A DNA stretch of 64,000 nucleotides from Utricularia gibba (lineage: Eukaryota; Plantae; Magnoliophyta), in assembly GCA_002189035.1 (NCBI GenBank), contig NEEC01000008.1, forward strand, positions 2,480,001-2,544,000, read 5' to 3'. The notes beneath the pieces are model-generated. The model saw only the letters and a list, made by a program, of their open reading frames with translations, ran no database searches and was not told the DNA's origin. Positions 61,201 to 64,000 of the stretch are shown here, one piece after another; the stretch's first letter is position 1; every line of letters begins with the position of its first letter. Position numbers and translations under genes: made by a program.

Positions 61201-63151
61201 ATGAGTGTACTGAATATTAAAACCATACATCTCATGGAAGTATTCAACAACTGATTTCATAGTAGAGTTGTCATCAACAGGAAACCTGTAGCACCATTGC
61301 CCATTATAAAATACACCCACATCAAGGAACAAGTGCACGAATCTGATGAGGAATAATTGATTCTTAAAAGTTTACACTAGCTCTCGAGTGGGCTGTGTGG
61401 TTACACCAGAAACTCTATATTTTCTGCGAATATCACCTCTATGTGTAACTTCAACTTTTACTCCTCTTAGTGCCTTCTTGACCTGAAATCAAAAGCATAG
61501 TAAGCTTTCACCCCAAAGGATAACGAGGAGGCCATTTATACAGGCTGAAAATCACCTTAATACGATCTGAATCAGATAGTGGCCTTGACAGAACATCTTT
61601 TCCCAAGAGTTGAGCTACAAACTCGATCACAGGAAGGGCTTCAATGAATGCAGCTGAAGCCATATCTAAAATTTACAGAGAACCTTTTCAGACAAGGGAC
61701 TTCAAAATTTCATAACTTAGGAGACACTTGGAACCGTGATTGGTTACCGATGTTAAGAGATAATCCCATCTGAGTAGGTCTAATACTTTGATAGAATCCA
61801 CACCATGCCTCTAAACCATCACCAAGCCTTTGAGGGTTTCGAATATCAGGAGAGAAGAAATATCTACCAATGGGACAGAACCTTTTGATTCATGGATCCA
61901 GCACAAAAGAAATGTAATCAGCTTTTTTCAATAAGAGCATAATGACATCAAGAAAACCGATAACACAATGAATTTCTCATTGTTACCTTTTCACTGAAAG
62001 CTCTCTAAGTACAATATCCAGAATCTGAAGAGCATCTTTAGGTCCATCTACACGCTTTCCAGCGAGAAATTGGCCTAAATGATGTAAGTTTGTCCGAGCA
62101 ACAAACTTGATTACTACTTTGTATTCTCTCTCTCTCCTGAAACATCGAGGAACCAACTTAAGTTTTAGACTCTCTTCGATGTAGTAACCACTAGATGCGT
62201 CTACAATGCAACATCTTACTTAGGGCCATTCACATGGTCTTCATTTTCTATAAGCTTAACTTTGAACTCCTTCCAGGAAAAGGGAAGATCACCAGCAGTA
62301 TACAGATTCTTACTTCCATCGTAAGCAGGCAATCTCGATCCCAAATCAGTTTCCTTATAATGTTTTACAAGTTCAGCCATTATTGCTCTATTTACAGCTT
62401 TAGATTTCACTTCAGGTGTAACGGTTACCTGTTAGAAGAAGCAACAAACCATGCATCAAAGAACGAATCAAAGAAACAACCAGCAGTCAAGATCCATTAA
62501 TGGTGGTGTGGAAAAGGACCACAATGGTTGTCAGTTTAACTCGATTACAATTGCCAAGGACCACAAAAAGAGGTTATAAACAAAACGAATATCAGCAAAA
62601 GACCCCTGCCCCAGCAATTGATTGTTCTAACTAACCCAGCAGAAGCAATTACTTCAGAAGAATCATAACAAGGACTTGCTTACATCATAATGATTCAAAT
62701 CCTTGTCAGGCAACTCTGCGAAGAAATGGTTAGCCTTCACAATGCACTTCGTCCCAAGATGCCCAAAACCAGGTCTCGACGGAAAGCTCAAATTCTTGCT
62801 TGAATTACGAAAACCCAACTGCGATTCCCCATTAAATGCAACGATTCCATTAGCTGAAGCTGCTGAAACACAATTTGTTTCTTGTTCTCCACCAACCAGT
62901 TGGTTTGAAGTGGCGCAAGGTCTCGAACTTGGGTCGATTTGTTCGGATTTTTTGGCACCCCTTCTTCTTCTACTTCCTCTAGATTTAGGCGAAGGCTGAT
63001 CAGAAAGTTTTGTACTCTGGGGCTCCTGGGCATCTCTGATTTTTCCATTTTGTACAGTTTTTGAGTTCTTTTGTATCCCATTACCTCCATTCTGTTGTAC
63101 CTGGGGCTTGATGGCAACCTGCGCCTCTGAATTTCCTATTACTTGCCTCAT
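58253..63151 (-). CDS. AGO10: ARGONAUTE10 (ZWILLE/PINHEAD)-type protein, multi-exon, intact
   Basis: KTVQNGK-type N-terminus and [21 protein letters not shown] domain; PIWI with D ([16 protein letters not shown]), E (RQELIQD), D ([10 protein letters not shown]) and H ([14 protein letters not shown]); ends [12 protein letters not shown]. Exons join in frame, one via a GC-AG intron. No miR168 site was seen, which fits AGO10 rather than AGO1. Confidence 0.95.
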
Positions 63152-64000
63152 GGTATAATATCCTCTTACCCGACTTGGTTCTTGCCTTCAAAGACAAAGG
63201 CTACATCTGCAGACAATTGAACAACGAACTTGAAGAACAGTTTTATTTTCTGTTTAAAAGTTCGCAAACTGCATGCGACTGTAGAAATTTTCTGAATATG
63301 GAAGCCGAGGCACGGAAAATGCAAGACGAGATCCTTTAATTAAATTACAGAGATGACACTCCACTCCACTCATATATTTCATCAAAAAGAACAGAAATAA
63401 GCTCCAACGAGCACACGAATAACACAATTAAGCATGAAGATGAACTTCCTTCAAAGAGAATGGTGATAAAAATAACAGCATCGTGTAAGAACTACTGAAA
63501 AGGAAAAAAAGTAAAAAGTTTGAGATCGAAAATTTACGAGAAGGGAGGAAGAAGCCATTTTAGCGAGGGAAAGAAAAATCCACTTTAGCAAGGCTTCATC
63601 GGGGTAGAGTGAAAAGCAACATTCACGCTTAGACAAAAGCTATCTACCAAAAATCCAAAGCTTTCTTCAAGACTTTCTGCTGGGGGAGCCCAGTATCCAG
63701 AATGTCACCAGGGAGAAGGATATAGATGCAGATGTGCTTGAAAATGGCGCACTTGAGAGCACATACAGATATATTACTAAAACCGTCTTATACGATGAAA
63801 TCTAATCAAATGGGAAGTATACCCACAAGACAAAAGAGTAGTTCATCTTGTCCCCTGACGAAAACCATGACCGATGCAGCAAAAAGAAGAAATTGTTTTC
63901 AAATAAACCACGGTGTCGAAGGAAGACAACACTTTGAGTCATAGTGTAGGCACACCAAAATAAATGTTTTTGTGATTAAACAAATAATAATTCGCTTGGC

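Noticed and set aside
62703-63117. Alternative-frame and antisense ORFs over AGO10 exon 1
   Set aside because: They are motif-free shadow frames.
1-64000. Conserved miRNA hairpins, TAS3, tRNA/rRNA, CRISPR arrays and prokaryote-type systems
   Set aside because: A visual scan found no match to the common conserved miRNA or tasiARF sequences and no tRNA, rRNA or repeat-spacer pattern. Lineage-specific RNAs cannot be excluded without a search.

Overview
This is plant (eudicot) nuclear DNA, not prokaryotic: it is gene-dense, has short spliceosomal introns and has AT-rich intergenic spacers. About 14 protein-coding genes can be reconstructed by hand. In order: GATL glycosyltransferase (5' end cut by the window), SNF2 remodeler CHR12/MINU-type, FANTASTIC FOUR protein, NPK1/ANP MAPKKK, PLS-class PPR protein, CDC73/PHP, TSO1/TCX CXC protein, NET1 actin-binding protein, secreted LRX-type LRR protein, EPFL4/5/6 peptide, folate-biopterin transporter, condensin II CAP-H2, p24beta3 and AGO10. 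I found no rRNA, tRNA, CRISPR array or intact transposon, and no convincing new multi-gene system. The most notable signals are: (1) a decayed tandem copy of CDC73 exon 1 inside the divergent PPR/CDC73 promoter; (2) repeated one-base frameshifts at G/C runs in otherwise intact genes, most likely consensus errors; (3) three GC-AG introns; (4) an LRX-like protein that ends without an extensin domain; (5) probable 3' UTR introns, one containing a structured element; and (6) several coding-like islands I could not assign. All homolog comparisons are from memory; no searches were run.
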